DNA of 64,000 bases from Desulfobulbaceae bacterium (GTDB lineage Bacteria; Desulfobacterota; Desulfobulbia; Desulfobulbales; Desulfobulbaceae): the NCBI GenBank assembly GCA_015489765.1, contig WFZC01000037.1, positions 3,400 to 67,399 on the forward strand, written 5' to 3'. The notes under the pieces were generated by a model, which saw only the letters and a program-made list of their open reading frames with translations, was not told where the DNA came from and did no database searches. The position numbers were made by a program, and so were the translations under genes. Positions 8,274 to 16,953 of this stretch are shown in pieces (the first letter of the stretch is position 1; every line of letters begins with the position of its first letter).

Positions 8274-9074
8274 CTATTCCTTGGCCATGTTTTCCTTTTC
8301 CGCAGGGGGCCGCATACCGCCTTTCTTTTTCTCCATCTCAATAATCCGGATTGTCTTAAACCAGGCCCGTCCACCACCAGCCATTTCCGCCAGATTGGTA
8401 TACCCCTTCATGGTCAGGAATCTGCCAGCAATATTCTCCTGCTTTCCCATGACATCGACAATAACAATCTTTTTATCCTTGGGAAGGGCTGTGTATTTTT
8501 CTTCAAGATCATCAAGGGGTATATGGATAACATCACCCCGGTGAAACTCACCTATCCGCCGCAAAGCTTCGCCACCGATGTCAAGGATGACAAAATTATT
8601 GATATTTTTATAGACTTGCTCGGGAAATACCTTTGGTATATTAACCTTCGGATAATTAACGGTACGCAAAACAGGATACCTCTTCCTGATCCAATCGGGA
8701 AGGCCGCCGTTGTACAGTTTCACGTTGGTGTAGCCAAGTTTGACCGCCTTCCTGGCGGCCAGGGTACTCTTGAGTCAGCCGGGGCCCTTACAGAAAAAGA
8801 CCAGCAGTGTGTCTCTATCCTCCGGCAGGTTCGGATTGCCCTGAACCTTACTCGAGGGGATATTCACCGATCCCCTGATGGTCAGGTCCTTGAATTCTAT
8901 CGGACTCAGGGCATTGGCCAATACCATGGGAGGGCCGTGGTAGAGGTCATACTTTAAGGTGTCCGCGTCAATGGTCGGAATATCGACAACCATGGCCAAA
9001 ATAGAAGGAGGCAATGCCGCCATCCAGCCCGAAACCACCATGAACAGTACCAATAACAGACTGTTTTTTTTCAT
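8274..9074 (-). CDS. Secreted tandem rhodanese-domain protein interrupted by one in-frame TGA (8775-8777); candidate selenoprotein, alternatively a pseudogene
   Basis: Track ORFs 8775..9074 and 8274..8723 share one frame and are separated only by a TGA plus 17 sense codons. Read through, the product is a signal peptide, then a rhodanese domain with the loop LLVFFCKGPG-[TGA]-LKSTLAARKAVKLGYTNVKLYNGGLPDW, then a second Cys-less rhodanese domain (IVIVDVMGKQENIAGRFLTMKGYTNL). Confidence 0.7.
8730..8767 (-). promoter_or_regulatory. Candidate SECIS-like hairpin downstream of the in-frame UGA
   Basis: On the minus-strand RNA, 8 nt after the UGA, there is a lower stem GUACC/GGCUAC (one bulge), then an internal loop, then an upper stem (U)GGCCGCC/GGCGGUC(A) of 8 bp including one G-U. 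The apical loop is AGGAA. Confidence 0.4.
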
Positions 9075-9397
9075 TTTTCTTCCTTTATGAGCAATTCTTT
9101 TCCCATTGGTCTTTTTCGCTCACCCTTACGATCTCGCCCGTCACGAAACCCCTTTTGATACATTTTGACCAAAAGTGGATTCGACAGAATGGCGACCGGT
9201 AACCTGGCGCTGCTGTTTCCGGTCAACCCAGATGTGAAACCGACCGTATATGCGTTATTGATCTGTTCTCCTGTGGTTCTGTCACTGTAATAGACAGCCT
9301 GCACACAATTCTTCAGCATGAAGAAACACAACAGCACCAAAATCGCCCAGGTGATATGAAATCCCAGACGCGTATGCAACGGCAGTTTACTTCCCAT
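9071..9397 (-). CDS. Hypothetical small membrane-anchored protein
   Basis: 108-aa ORF with one hydrophobic helix (ITWAILVLLCFFML). Its stop overlaps the rhodanese ATG (ATGA coupling). No family was recognised. Confidence 0.5.
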   Translation of the reverse strand: MGSKLPLHTRLGFHITWAILVLLCFFMLKNCVQAVYYSDRTTGEQINNAYTVGFTSGLTGNSSARLPVAILSNPLLVKMYQKGFRDGRDRKGERKRPMGKELLIKEEK

Positions 9398-9450
9398 GTG
9401 GTGGTCGCATCCGACTGCAGCCCAGAATCTCTCCTTTCCCTGGTCCTTTG

Positions 9451-10296
9451 TTAGCCAAAGGTGCGTTGAAAGATCGTATACATGATAAGAAAAACAAGTC
9501 CCATACCAATGGTCAATGCCGTAAATCCGAACACATAGGCAAAGATGACCAGCCAGGTGGGCGGCCTGTCAACGATAACATCATCCAGGCGCCCCTCCCT
9601 GACCAGCATTTCATATTCGCGTGGCCGTTCATGTTTGAGCTCTTCGAGGGTAACGGAACCGGTAAAGATAACCCGGTCCAAAGGCCACTTTTCCGGCCGG
9701 ATATGGGTGTTGAAAAAATGGATGGTAAAGATAAATCCCGTTGCCAGCAAGGCCTCATCACTGTGGATAATCGTTGCAATGTTCAGCCAGGAGCCGGGGA
9801 TGTAATGGGTCACCCAGGTGGGAAACCAGAGACAGAGGCCGGTAAGACCGATAACGGCGACACCCCAGAATACGGCAAAATAATCAAATTTTTCCCAGTA
9901 GGTCCAACGGCCGTATCGAGGTCTGGGGCCCTTGCCGACAAACCACTTGATTGTCTGGCCGATTTCCCTTGCATCCTGCAGATTCGGCACCATGCCGATT
10001 GTCTTGTCGAAAACAAAGCTGACAAATGATTTATCACTTTTACGCCAGTTTTGATAAATGAGGATAAAATGGATGAAAAAATAGCCAAAGGTGAGGACAG
10101 CACCGATTCGGTGCAGAACGCCAAGGACCCTGAAGCTGCCGAAAAAACTGGCAATGGCTCCGGCCCATGGTTCATCGGCGAACTTCAGGGCCATGCCGGT
10201 GAGAGCAAGGGTCAAAAAACTGATAATAACAGTAAGATGGAGAACCCGTGCAAAAACATTAAATCGTTGAACGTAGACTGTCTCGGTTTTACTCAT
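9451..10296 (-). CDS. Cytochrome b-type membrane subunit (FdnI/PhsC/HydC-like, Ni_hydr_CYTB-type)
   Basis: 281 aa with 4-5 predicted helices. His residues sit in the helices (VLHLTVII, GVLHRIGAVL, TIHFFNTH). It lies directly downstream of the multihaem cytochrome gene. Confidence 0.65.
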   Translation of the reverse strand: MSKTETVYVQRFNVFARVLHLTVIISFLTLALTGMALKFADEPWAGAIASFFGSFRVLGVLHRIGAVLTFGYFFIHFILIYQNWRKSDKSFVSFVFDKTIGMVPNLQDAREIGQTIKWFVGKGPRPRYGRWTYWEKFDYFAVFWGVAVIGLTGLCLWFPTWVTHYIPGSWLNIATIIHSDEALLATGFIFTIHFFNTHIRPEKWPLDRVIFTGSVTLEELKHERPREYEMLVREGRLDDVIVDRPPTWLVIFAYVFGFTALTIGMGLVFLIMYTIFQRTFG

Positions 10297-10388
10297 GTCT
10301 GTTTACCCTTCCTGTTGCACATCCGACATGGATTGCCGGGAGTCGTTTTGGCTGCATTCAATTATTCAGTGACTTTACGCAGCATCCT

Positions 10389-12395
10389 CTACCTTTTCTG
10401 TTCACGGGCCTTGCGTATCATCTTCATACGTTCCTTAAATGATCGCGGAAACCAGAGCAGGGTATGGAGCCCGAACAGGGAAAAGGTGCCAAGTAGCAGA
10501 CTTGTCATACTCCAGAATGCATAATACATATCGGGATTGCGCTTTTTATCACCGTGGGTGGCATGGGTCCTATAGGTGGTAAAACTTAGATTAGCGCCAG
10601 GGTGACATTTTCGGCATGTCTTGACGGCATTGGGCCCGGCCAGGGTCGAATCGGGATCCGTGGCGGCCAGGATGGTATGGCTGCCGTGACAGTCGGAACA
10701 CTGGGCCGCCCGTTCACCACCGGCCAGCATGGATGCCTTGCCATGATAACTTTCGCGATAGGTTTCCACCTGCTCCTGATGGCATTTTGCGCATTCATTT
10801 GCCTGCTGTTTCCTGAATGCAGCCTCGGAAACGCGGGCCGCCCCATGGGCGGAATGGCAGTCACTGCAGATGGGGAAACGCGAGGTATCGGCGCCAAACG
10901 GCGGATTATGGATCGATTGCTGAATTTTCCTGGCAACACCATAATGGCAACTTTCACAGGTATCGCTTAAGTGATTGCGATTAACAGTTGACTGGGCATC
11001 GGCAGGCGGCAGAATGGAATGGCCGGTGTGGCAGCTTGCACAGGTGGCGGAAACCAGCAACCCGCTTTTGACAAGTCCCTTGCCGTGGATACTCATGGAA
11101 TAGGTGGCAACTATTTTCTGCTCACCCCCTTTCCGCCTGACCGCGGCCTTTTTCCCCTCCTGGTGACAGGCGCCACAGAGATTGGGAATATTTATCGGAT
11201 TGATGGGGGAGTCGGGATTGGCCTTGGACATATTGTTATGTTTGCCGTGACAATCGGTGCATCCCGGAGCGTTCGGATCCAACTCGGCCAGCAGTTTGCC
11301 ATGGATACTCTTTGCATAAACATCACTCTGCTGGGGATGGCAGGCGGAACAGTCCACCGGGCCGGAACCTTTACAGACAGGATCTCTGGCGCTATCCATG
11401 TTGGAATGACATTTAACGCAGGCAATTTTATTTTTCTTATGCAGGGTCCCCCTGAATTCGTCATATTCATCCGTATCAACATACAGGCTTTTCACCCCGC
11501 CTTCCTCGTCAGGCATGACAAGATTCGGATTGCTGTGGCATTTCAGACAGTAGGCATCGGACAACTTGCCCTGATAGCCGATCTTGCTCTGTTCATGGGG
11601 CTGGTGACATTCGATGCAGGAGGGAATTTTGTGCGGTTCCTTTTCCCAGAGTGACTTTCTGATGACCTTGCGATGGGTGTTCTCAATATTGGCATGGCAA
11701 TGCATGCAGGTTTTCGCAACGTTTTTAGGGTTGGTTGTAGATTCCGGATCGGTATGGGGACGGACATTATGGGAGGTATGGCAACTGGTGCATACGGCCG
11801 CGACAATCAGGCCGTCTTTTAACAACCCTTTGCCATGCATGGACATGGAAAAATTTTTCAGGACATTATGCTGATCAATATCATCATGGGTCTTGGTCAT
11901 CGGAGAGCCTTCCCGATGACACCGTCCGCAGGTTATGGGGATATTAGTGACATATACTGTTGATTTCGGGTTCTTGGGCGGCAGTATATCGTGGGTTCCA
12001 TGACAGGAAGAACAGTAAGGGGCCAAGGCATCGCCCCTGGAACGTGCCTTGCCATGAATGCTCTTTTCGTAGACTGCACCAATATCATCATGACATTCCG
12101 CACAGTTGACCCTTTTTAACTTGGGAGGATGCTCATCTTCGGTGTCGGCATCCTGATGGCAAGAAACACATTCCTCCTCACCATGCACCGACTTGGCCAG
12201 CACCTCGGCATTGACATATACGGAACTGTCATCAGCCTCTCTGGTGATATCTTCATCACCATGGCACTCCAGACAGTCCTCATTGCTCATGGACAGGGCC
12301 CTGTGACTGTTCATGATCAGGGCTAGCAGAACAACAAAAAAGAAAGTGACAATGCTTCCTGCCCGTTTCCCGATAGTGGCGCTCATGTCTCCCAT
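10389..12395 (-). CDS. Membrane-anchored multihaem cytochrome c with 19 CxxCH motifs
   Basis: 19 CxxCH motifs were counted by eye (CLECH, CVSCH, CAECH ... CRKCH). An N-terminal signal/anchor is present. The unit SIHGK...CxxCHGxH recurs. A C-terminal TM helix (FWSMTSLLLGTFSLFGLHTLLWF) is followed by a basic tail. Confidence 0.85.
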   Translation of the reverse strand: MGDMSATIGKRAGSIVTFFFVVLLALIMNSHRALSMSNEDCLECHGDEDITREADDSSVYVNAEVLAKSVHGEEECVSCHQDADTEDEHPPKLKRVNCAECHDDIGAVYEKSIHGKARSRGDALAPYCSSCHGTHDILPPKNPKSTVYVTNIPITCGRCHREGSPMTKTHDDIDQHNVLKNFSMSMHGKGLLKDGLIVAAVCTSCHTSHNVRPHTDPESTTNPKNVAKTCMHCHANIENTHRKVIRKSLWEKEPHKIPSCIECHQPHEQSKIGYQGKLSDAYCLKCHSNPNLVMPDEEGGVKSLYVDTDEYDEFRGTLHKKNKIACVKCHSNMDSARDPVCKGSGPVDCSACHPQQSDVYAKSIHGKLLAELDPNAPGCTDCHGKHNNMSKANPDSPINPINIPNLCGACHQEGKKAAVRRKGGEQKIVATYSMSIHGKGLVKSGLLVSATCASCHTGHSILPPADAQSTVNRNHLSDTCESCHYGVARKIQQSIHNPPFGADTSRFPICSDCHSAHGAARVSEAAFRKQQANECAKCHQEQVETYRESYHGKASMLAGGERAAQCSDCHGSHTILAATDPDSTLAGPNAVKTCRKCHPGANLSFTTYRTHATHGDKKRNPDMYYAFWSMTSLLLGTFSLFGLHTLLWFPRSFKERMKMIRKAREQKR

Positions 12396-12492
12396 CCTGT
12401 TTTATTGATGAATGCAGGGTGAATTTTACATTACCAACTACCCGTTACCATATGGATAATATTTAACAACCCCAAAAAAAGCAGAAAATAAA

Positions 12493-12508
12493 ATGAATGG
12501 CGATTCAT
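12493..12508. promoter_or_regulatory. Palindromic operator candidate ATGAAT-GGCG-ATTCAT
   Basis: It is a perfect 6-4-6 palindrome about 100 nt upstream of the 19-haem cytochrome gene. With flanks it matches 21251-21270 at 18 of 20 positions. A related site lies at 19851-19866. Confidence 0.45.
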
Positions 12509-12636
12509 TCATTAAAATCTATATAAAACATATACAAAATATATGCAAAGAAAAAATTTCCTGTGCCGCCACTGCTTCCGGTTCATCCAGGACGGACAGA
12601 GGGTTAAAAATCAGGAGGGAAATCGTCGGGACGGGA

Positions 12637-12674
12637 ATAAACAAAACAGCGCACCGGCGCATACCGGTACGCTG
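12637..12674 (-). terminator. Rho-independent terminator after the Tat FeS gene
   Basis: On the minus strand an 11-bp stem (CAGCGTACCGG/CCGGTGCGCTG, one mismatch) is followed by TTTTGTTTATT. It lies 31 nt after the stop at 12705 and splits the redox cluster into two units. Confidence 0.65.
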
Positions 12675-12704
12675 TCTGAAGAGATTATGAGGGAAGATGG
12701 AAAA

Positions 12705-13529
12705 TTATACCTTGGTCGGATCAAAATACTTGAATTTCGATCCCTTGAGAATGGCATCCACTGATCCTATGGTTCCCTTCATATAGAAGACATTGGGCTT
12801 GGTATTGTCCTCCGGACGCAGCACCCAGACCTCTTCCTGGATCTGGTGGACCAACTTGTAAACAATACTGTTCGGATCGCTGAGATCTCCAAAGGTACGG
12901 GCGCCGGTCGGACAGGCAGCGGAACAGCCGGTCTGGGTTTCTCCCTTGGACAACCGTTTCTCCCAGCAGAAATCACACTTGTCTATGGCATGTTTTTCCT
13001 CGTTAAAATACCTGGCATCATAGGGACAGGCAAGCATACAGGTTTTACAGCCAATGCATTTTTTGTTTTCCATCCGGACTATTCCAGTCACCGGATCCTT
13101 ATAGGTGGCCTTGGTCGGACAGCCCCTCACACAGGGTGGATTGTTGCAATGGTTGCAGAGGACCGGAATAAACTCCACCGCCTTGTCCAGTGTCCCGATA
13201 TATTTCTTGGTCAAAATCCGCGTTCTGTAGGCATAATCCGGGACATCATTGGTCTTTGTGCAGGCCTCGACACATCGCTCGCAGTCAATGCACATGGATT
13301 GACGGATTACCATGGCATAATGGGGGCTATAGATGTCTTGCACTGCCCTTTCCGCGCCGGTTGAGGCCTGGGCAGAACCGACAAGAGAGGTCAGGGACAG
13401 GATTTTTCCCCCTGCATAGACACCGGCTATGGCGAACCCGAGTTTCAGGAACTTCCTCCGCTCAACAGCCGTCACTGACCCGGTGCCTTCATTTTTCATT
13501 GCATCAAAATCTATTTTAGGAAATTTCAT
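12705..13529 (-). CDS. Tat-exported 4Fe-4S ferredoxin-type subunit (NrfC/HmcB/DsrO/NhcB-like)
   Basis: The twin-arginine motif ERRKFLKLG and a signal peptide are present. There are four Cys clusters (CIDCERCVEAC, CNHCNNPPCVRGCP, CIGCKTCMLACP, CDFC...CSAACP). ATG at 13529 follows GGAGA; the track start at 13541 is a TTG. Confidence 0.85.
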   Translation of the reverse strand: MKFPKIDFDAMKNEGTGSVTAVERRKFLKLGFAIAGVYAGGKILSLTSLVGSAQASTGAERAVQDIYSPHYAMVIRQSMCIDCERCVEACTKTNDVPDYAYRTRILTKKYIGTLDKAVEFIPVLCNHCNNPPCVRGCPTKATYKDPVTGIVRMENKKCIGCKTCMLACPYDARYFNEEKHAIDKCDFCWEKRLSKGETQTGCSAACPTGARTFGDLSDPNSIVYKLVHQIQEEVWVLRPEDNTKPNVFYMKGTIGSVDAILKGSKFKYFDPTKV

Positions 13530-13641
13530 TCTAATCTCCAATACAAAATTCTATTAATTCAACAGGAAACCGTGGATGGTTGCGCCTCCATAGCTGGCAA
13601 CAATGTGTCGGCACCACCCAAACATTTCCCTGCCTGTATAA

Positions 13642-14949
13642 TCACCAGCTCCCATGCTGCCTTTTCATGGCCTCTTCCATGGTCTCGCCCTCTTTCATAT
13701 AGTGGATGCCTCCGCAACCGGGACAGATATAAGCGCCCTCGGGAACAATTTCATGCTTCTGCAACTGGTGACCGTTAAGCATTTTTTCACCGGCCAGGTA
13801 GGCGACAATAATAAAGCACAGACCCCAGATCGAAGCCATGATCTCATGAAATGAGGGGACATAGGACAAGAGATGCGAAGCCTCAACAACACCGAGAGAA
13901 TGGTACACCGGCACCATTTGCCCGGGGATGACAATGTCATAACGCATAAAGAAAATTCCTATCATCATAAGACCGGTCGTCCACATGATGAGCGTATATC
14001 TTCTGCCCCGGGAAAGGATAAGAAGAAAAAGGGGCAGGACCATGCCGAGAAAGACCTCAAAAAACAAGAAATTAATGGCATAATCTCCGGTCAGGAATGA
14101 CATGATGATCGGATACTTGCCCTCGGAAACCAGACCGGTGATTACCTTCCAGATGGTAAAAAAGATTATGGTGGCGATAAAATATATGGTCAGCAGGGTC
14201 AATGATTTAACCGCCCGCTCCATCCGCTGGTTCATGATTTCCGGATTGATCTTGGCGGCAAGGGTGGTAAAGAACAAAATGGCGCAACCGCCCGACATGG
14301 CGGCGGAGAAAATAAAATAAATAGGCAGATAGGGACCATACCAGAAGGGCCGGCCATGGAGCATACCAAAAATGCCGCCAAGGTTACTATGAGCGGCAAT
14401 ACCGACGGTCAGGCCGATAAAACCGACGATCCTTGACACCGTATGATTCTGGTTGAGCAGACAGTAATACTCGATCATCATAAAGACCATATAGGCGCCG
14501 TACAAGGTTCCCATCCACCACATGTTTGACCTGAAGTTTGGAGAAATCACATTCCAGATCGCCATCCGGAAGGGATTTTCAATATCAAAAAAGATAATGC
14601 AGAATCCACCCAATAAAAAAATTATGGACAAAAAAACCGCCCGCTTGGCAATCGGCATCAGGGCCTCATTGCCGAAAACATGGCCAAAGGAGGAAACTAT
14701 ACAGAGTCCGGTGGAGGTTACAACACAGAAGATGTATGCGGAAATCAACATCCCCCACGGTATTTCTTTTGTGACATTGTATACATGTCGATAACCGACA
14801 AATTTTCCATGGAGTCCGACCAGGAGACCGGCAAGGGCAACAAGCGCAAAAAAGCCGATCACCATTTTATAGCCGGGGCTTGCCTTTTTCAGAGCGGCAA
14901 CACCATGATAGCCCCATTTTTCCGATATATTGATCATCATTTCGCTCAT
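13642..14949 (-). CDS. NrfD/PsrC/HmcC-type integral membrane quinone-interacting subunit
   Basis: 435 aa and about 10 hydrophobic helices. The NrfD-family call rests on its position between the cytochrome and FeS genes. A soluble C-terminal tail carries a single CPGC. Confidence 0.75.
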   Translation of the reverse strand: MSEMMINISEKWGYHGVAALKKASPGYKMVIGFFALVALAGLLVGLHGKFVGYRHVYNVTKEIPWGMLISAYIFCVVTSTGLCIVSSFGHVFGNEALMPIAKRAVFLSIIFLLGGFCIIFFDIENPFRMAIWNVISPNFRSNMWWMGTLYGAYMVFMMIEYYCLLNQNHTVSRIVGFIGLTVGIAAHSNLGGIFGMLHGRPFWYGPYLPIYFIFSAAMSGGCAILFFTTLAAKINPEIMNQRMERAVKSLTLLTIYFIATIIFFTIWKVITGLVSEGKYPIIMSFLTGDYAINFLFFEVFLGMVLPLFLLILSRGRRYTLIMWTTGLMMIGIFFMRYDIVIPGQMVPVYHSLGVVEASHLLSYVPSFHEIMASIWGLCFIIVAYLAGEKMLNGHQLQKHEIVPEGAYICPGCGGIHYMKEGETMEEAMKRQHGSW

Positions 14950-15037
14950 CGTATTTCCTCGTAAATATCTCTTTGCAAACGAGTAGCGGCAGGCCCGTTA
15001 CTCGATATGTTAAAATGGCTGAGTGAAAGGGCCCTTC

Positions 15038-16042
15038 TCAATGTCCGGCCTGTTGTTCTGCGGCATTACTTTTTCCCGCCAGGGCTTTCATAAGTTTCAA
15101 ACCCTTGACACCGATATGACACACCGTGCATCTGGTCTGGAAACCAAAGGCCTGGTCGGAATTGTGACAGGTGCCGCAAAGTTTTTCGTGCAGCTCCTCA
15201 AGATGTTTCCTTTTGGCGACCGGATCATCGGATCGAAAGGTTTCCAGGCCGGAGAGTACGCCGCTGCCCATGACAAATACGTCTTTATGACAGGTTTCAC
15301 AGAGAATTTTGGCCTTGCCGACATGGATCTTATGATCAAAGACAACCGTTTTCACCGGCTTGGTAAAGACGATTTTTTTAGTGGGAACAAAATGGCAGGA
15401 ATCACACTGGCTCTGGGCATCAAAGGCATCATCGCCGTTATGACAGGCGCCGCAATACTTGCCTTTCTTAAAGGATGCCATGGTAAAATCACCCTTGGCC
15501 TCTGCCGCACCGATTTTCATGGTAAATATTTTATCATGGCAATCCATGCACTCCAGGCCGATATCCTGAACATGGGCCTGGTGGTTAAAGGCCGCCTTAT
15601 TGGGTTTTTTCCAGACAATTTTGACCGGAGGCTGCATGTTGCTGCCATGACAGGTAATACAGTTTTTTTTGTCGGTTACCCCAAATGCCTCCTCACCGTT
15701 ATGACAGGCACCGCAATACTTGCCCTTCTCAAGTGATTTCATGTTGTAATCACCTGCCGCTCTAGCAGCGCCCCGTTTCTTTTGAAAAATATCAGGATGG
15801 CAGGCATCACAATCCAGTCCAACCCCGATAATATGTTTTTTATGGCTGAAAATCTGATGGGTAGCCTTTTGGGCTATCACCAGGGTATCGCCATAGCGCT
15901 CAGTTATTTGTTCGTTCTCCTGTTTTTGCAACCGGGTCGAGGTTTCCGCAGATACCGGCCGGGTAGCTCCGGCCAGAAAAAGACCGACACAGACGACGGC
16001 CCCCAGACACCCACATAACGATTTCGTAAATTTCATTGCCAT
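15038..16042 (-). CDS. Nine-haem periplasmic cytochrome c (NhcA/c3-family type)
   Basis: There are nine CxxCH motifs (CDACH, CGACH, CITCH, CMDCH, CGACH, CDSCH, CETCH, CGTCH, CTVCH). The signal peptide is MKFTKSLCGCLGAVVCVGLFLAGATRPVSA. ATG at 16042 or 16036 follows GGAGAG. Confidence 0.85.
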   Translation of the reverse strand: MAMKFTKSLCGCLGAVVCVGLFLAGATRPVSAETSTRLQKQENEQITERYGDTLVIAQKATHQIFSHKKHIIGVGLDCDACHPDIFQKKRGAARAAGDYNMKSLEKGKYCGACHNGEEAFGVTDKKNCITCHGSNMQPPVKIVWKKPNKAAFNHQAHVQDIGLECMDCHDKIFTMKIGAAEAKGDFTMASFKKGKYCGACHNGDDAFDAQSQCDSCHFVPTKKIVFTKPVKTVVFDHKIHVGKAKILCETCHKDVFVMGSGVLSGLETFRSDDPVAKRKHLEELHEKLCGTCHNSDQAFGFQTRCTVCHIGVKGLKLMKALAGKSNAAEQQAGH

Positions 16043-16132
16043 ACTCTCTCCGCGTTGAATCATTCATGCGCTAATTGTCCCTGTTGTCGAGTAGATCGAC
16101 AACAGGGATCATGTCGAAAGAGACGCGAGTGG

Positions 16133-16939
16133 TTACTCTTCCTTATCTTCCGATCCCAAAAGTGTGGTTGCCGCAATCCCGGCAACACCCAGCCCGGCCA
16201 CCTTGTTTATGGTGGGCTTCAACATTTTGGCCAGCATAATACGGCGAGCATTGGCCTCGGGCATCTCTTGGGGCGTTTCCAGCTTATCCAGCAGTTCCAG
16301 GTCTTTTTTACTGCCGAAATAATAGACGTTGGGACCTATTTTTACATTTTTAGACTCGAGCCGTTTGGCGCCTTTCTTGAGATATTTGGCGACTTCGGAC
16401 TTGGGATCATCACGCAGGCCGAAAATGCGGGCGTCGGCAATACAGGTCTGAACACAGGCCGGCTGCAGTCCCTTGGCAACCCTCGGCATACAGAAGGTAC
16501 ATTTGTCCGCCTTGCCCTCGGAATCGTCATCGGCAAGATCGGGATTGACATAGCGGGCGCCATATGGGCAGGCATCGGCGCAGGCGCCGCAGCCGAGGCA
16601 GCGGTTCTTGTCGATCTGAACAGTGCCGTTAAAGGGGTCCTTCCAGGTGGCCGCAACCTCCATGTCCACGGTCTTGCCGGTCTTGACATCCTTGAAGGTC
16701 ACCTGGACGGGATCGGCCGGACAGGCCTCCACACAGGCAGGATGATCACAGTGATTGCACAGCCCCGGATAAAAGGTATAGGACAATCCCTTGCTGGTTT
16801 TGGCCGGCCCGAGCCTGCGCACCCAGTTACGACGAAAACCTTCCTTGACCGGAATCTGCCACTCCGCACGGCAGGCAACCGCGCAGGCGTGGCAGCCGAC
16901 ACATCGGTCCAGATCTATTATCATTGCATATTGGTTCAT
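16133..16939 (-). CDS. 4Fe-4S subunit of the molybdopterin oxidoreductase (PsrB/PhsB/FdnH-like) with a C-terminal TM helix
   Basis: CVGCHACAVAC, CNHCDHPACVEACP, CLGCGACADACP and CTFC...CVQTC are the cluster motifs. It has no signal peptide of its own. The C-terminal hydrophobic segment is VAGLGVAGIAATTLLG. AAGGAGA lies upstream of the ATG. Confidence 0.85.
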   Translation of the reverse strand: MNQYAMIIDLDRCVGCHACAVACRAEWQIPVKEGFRRNWVRRLGPAKTSKGLSYTFYPGLCNHCDHPACVEACPADPVQVTFKDVKTGKTVDMEVAATWKDPFNGTVQIDKNRCLGCGACADACPYGARYVNPDLADDDSEGKADKCTFCMPRVAKGLQPACVQTCIADARIFGLRDDPKSEVAKYLKKGAKRLESKNVKIGPNVYYFGSKKDLELLDKLETPQEMPEANARRIMLAKMLKPTINKVAGLGVAGIAATTLLGSEDKEE

Positions 16940-16953
16940 ATCAATTCTCCTTC

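Noticed and set aside
8211-8957. 248-aa plus-strand ORF
   Set aside because: It is antisense to the rhodanese gene, whose domain structure explains the region.
13642-13740. C-terminal CPGC tail of the NrfD-type subunit as a zinc ribbon
   Set aside because: Only one CxxC pair is present. A zinc ribbon needs two.
15012-15024. 13-nt exact match AAAATGGCTGAGT shared with 27122-27134
   Set aside because: In a 64-kb window, tens of 13-mer matches are expected by chance when both strands are considered. There is no extended similarity or symmetry around either copy.
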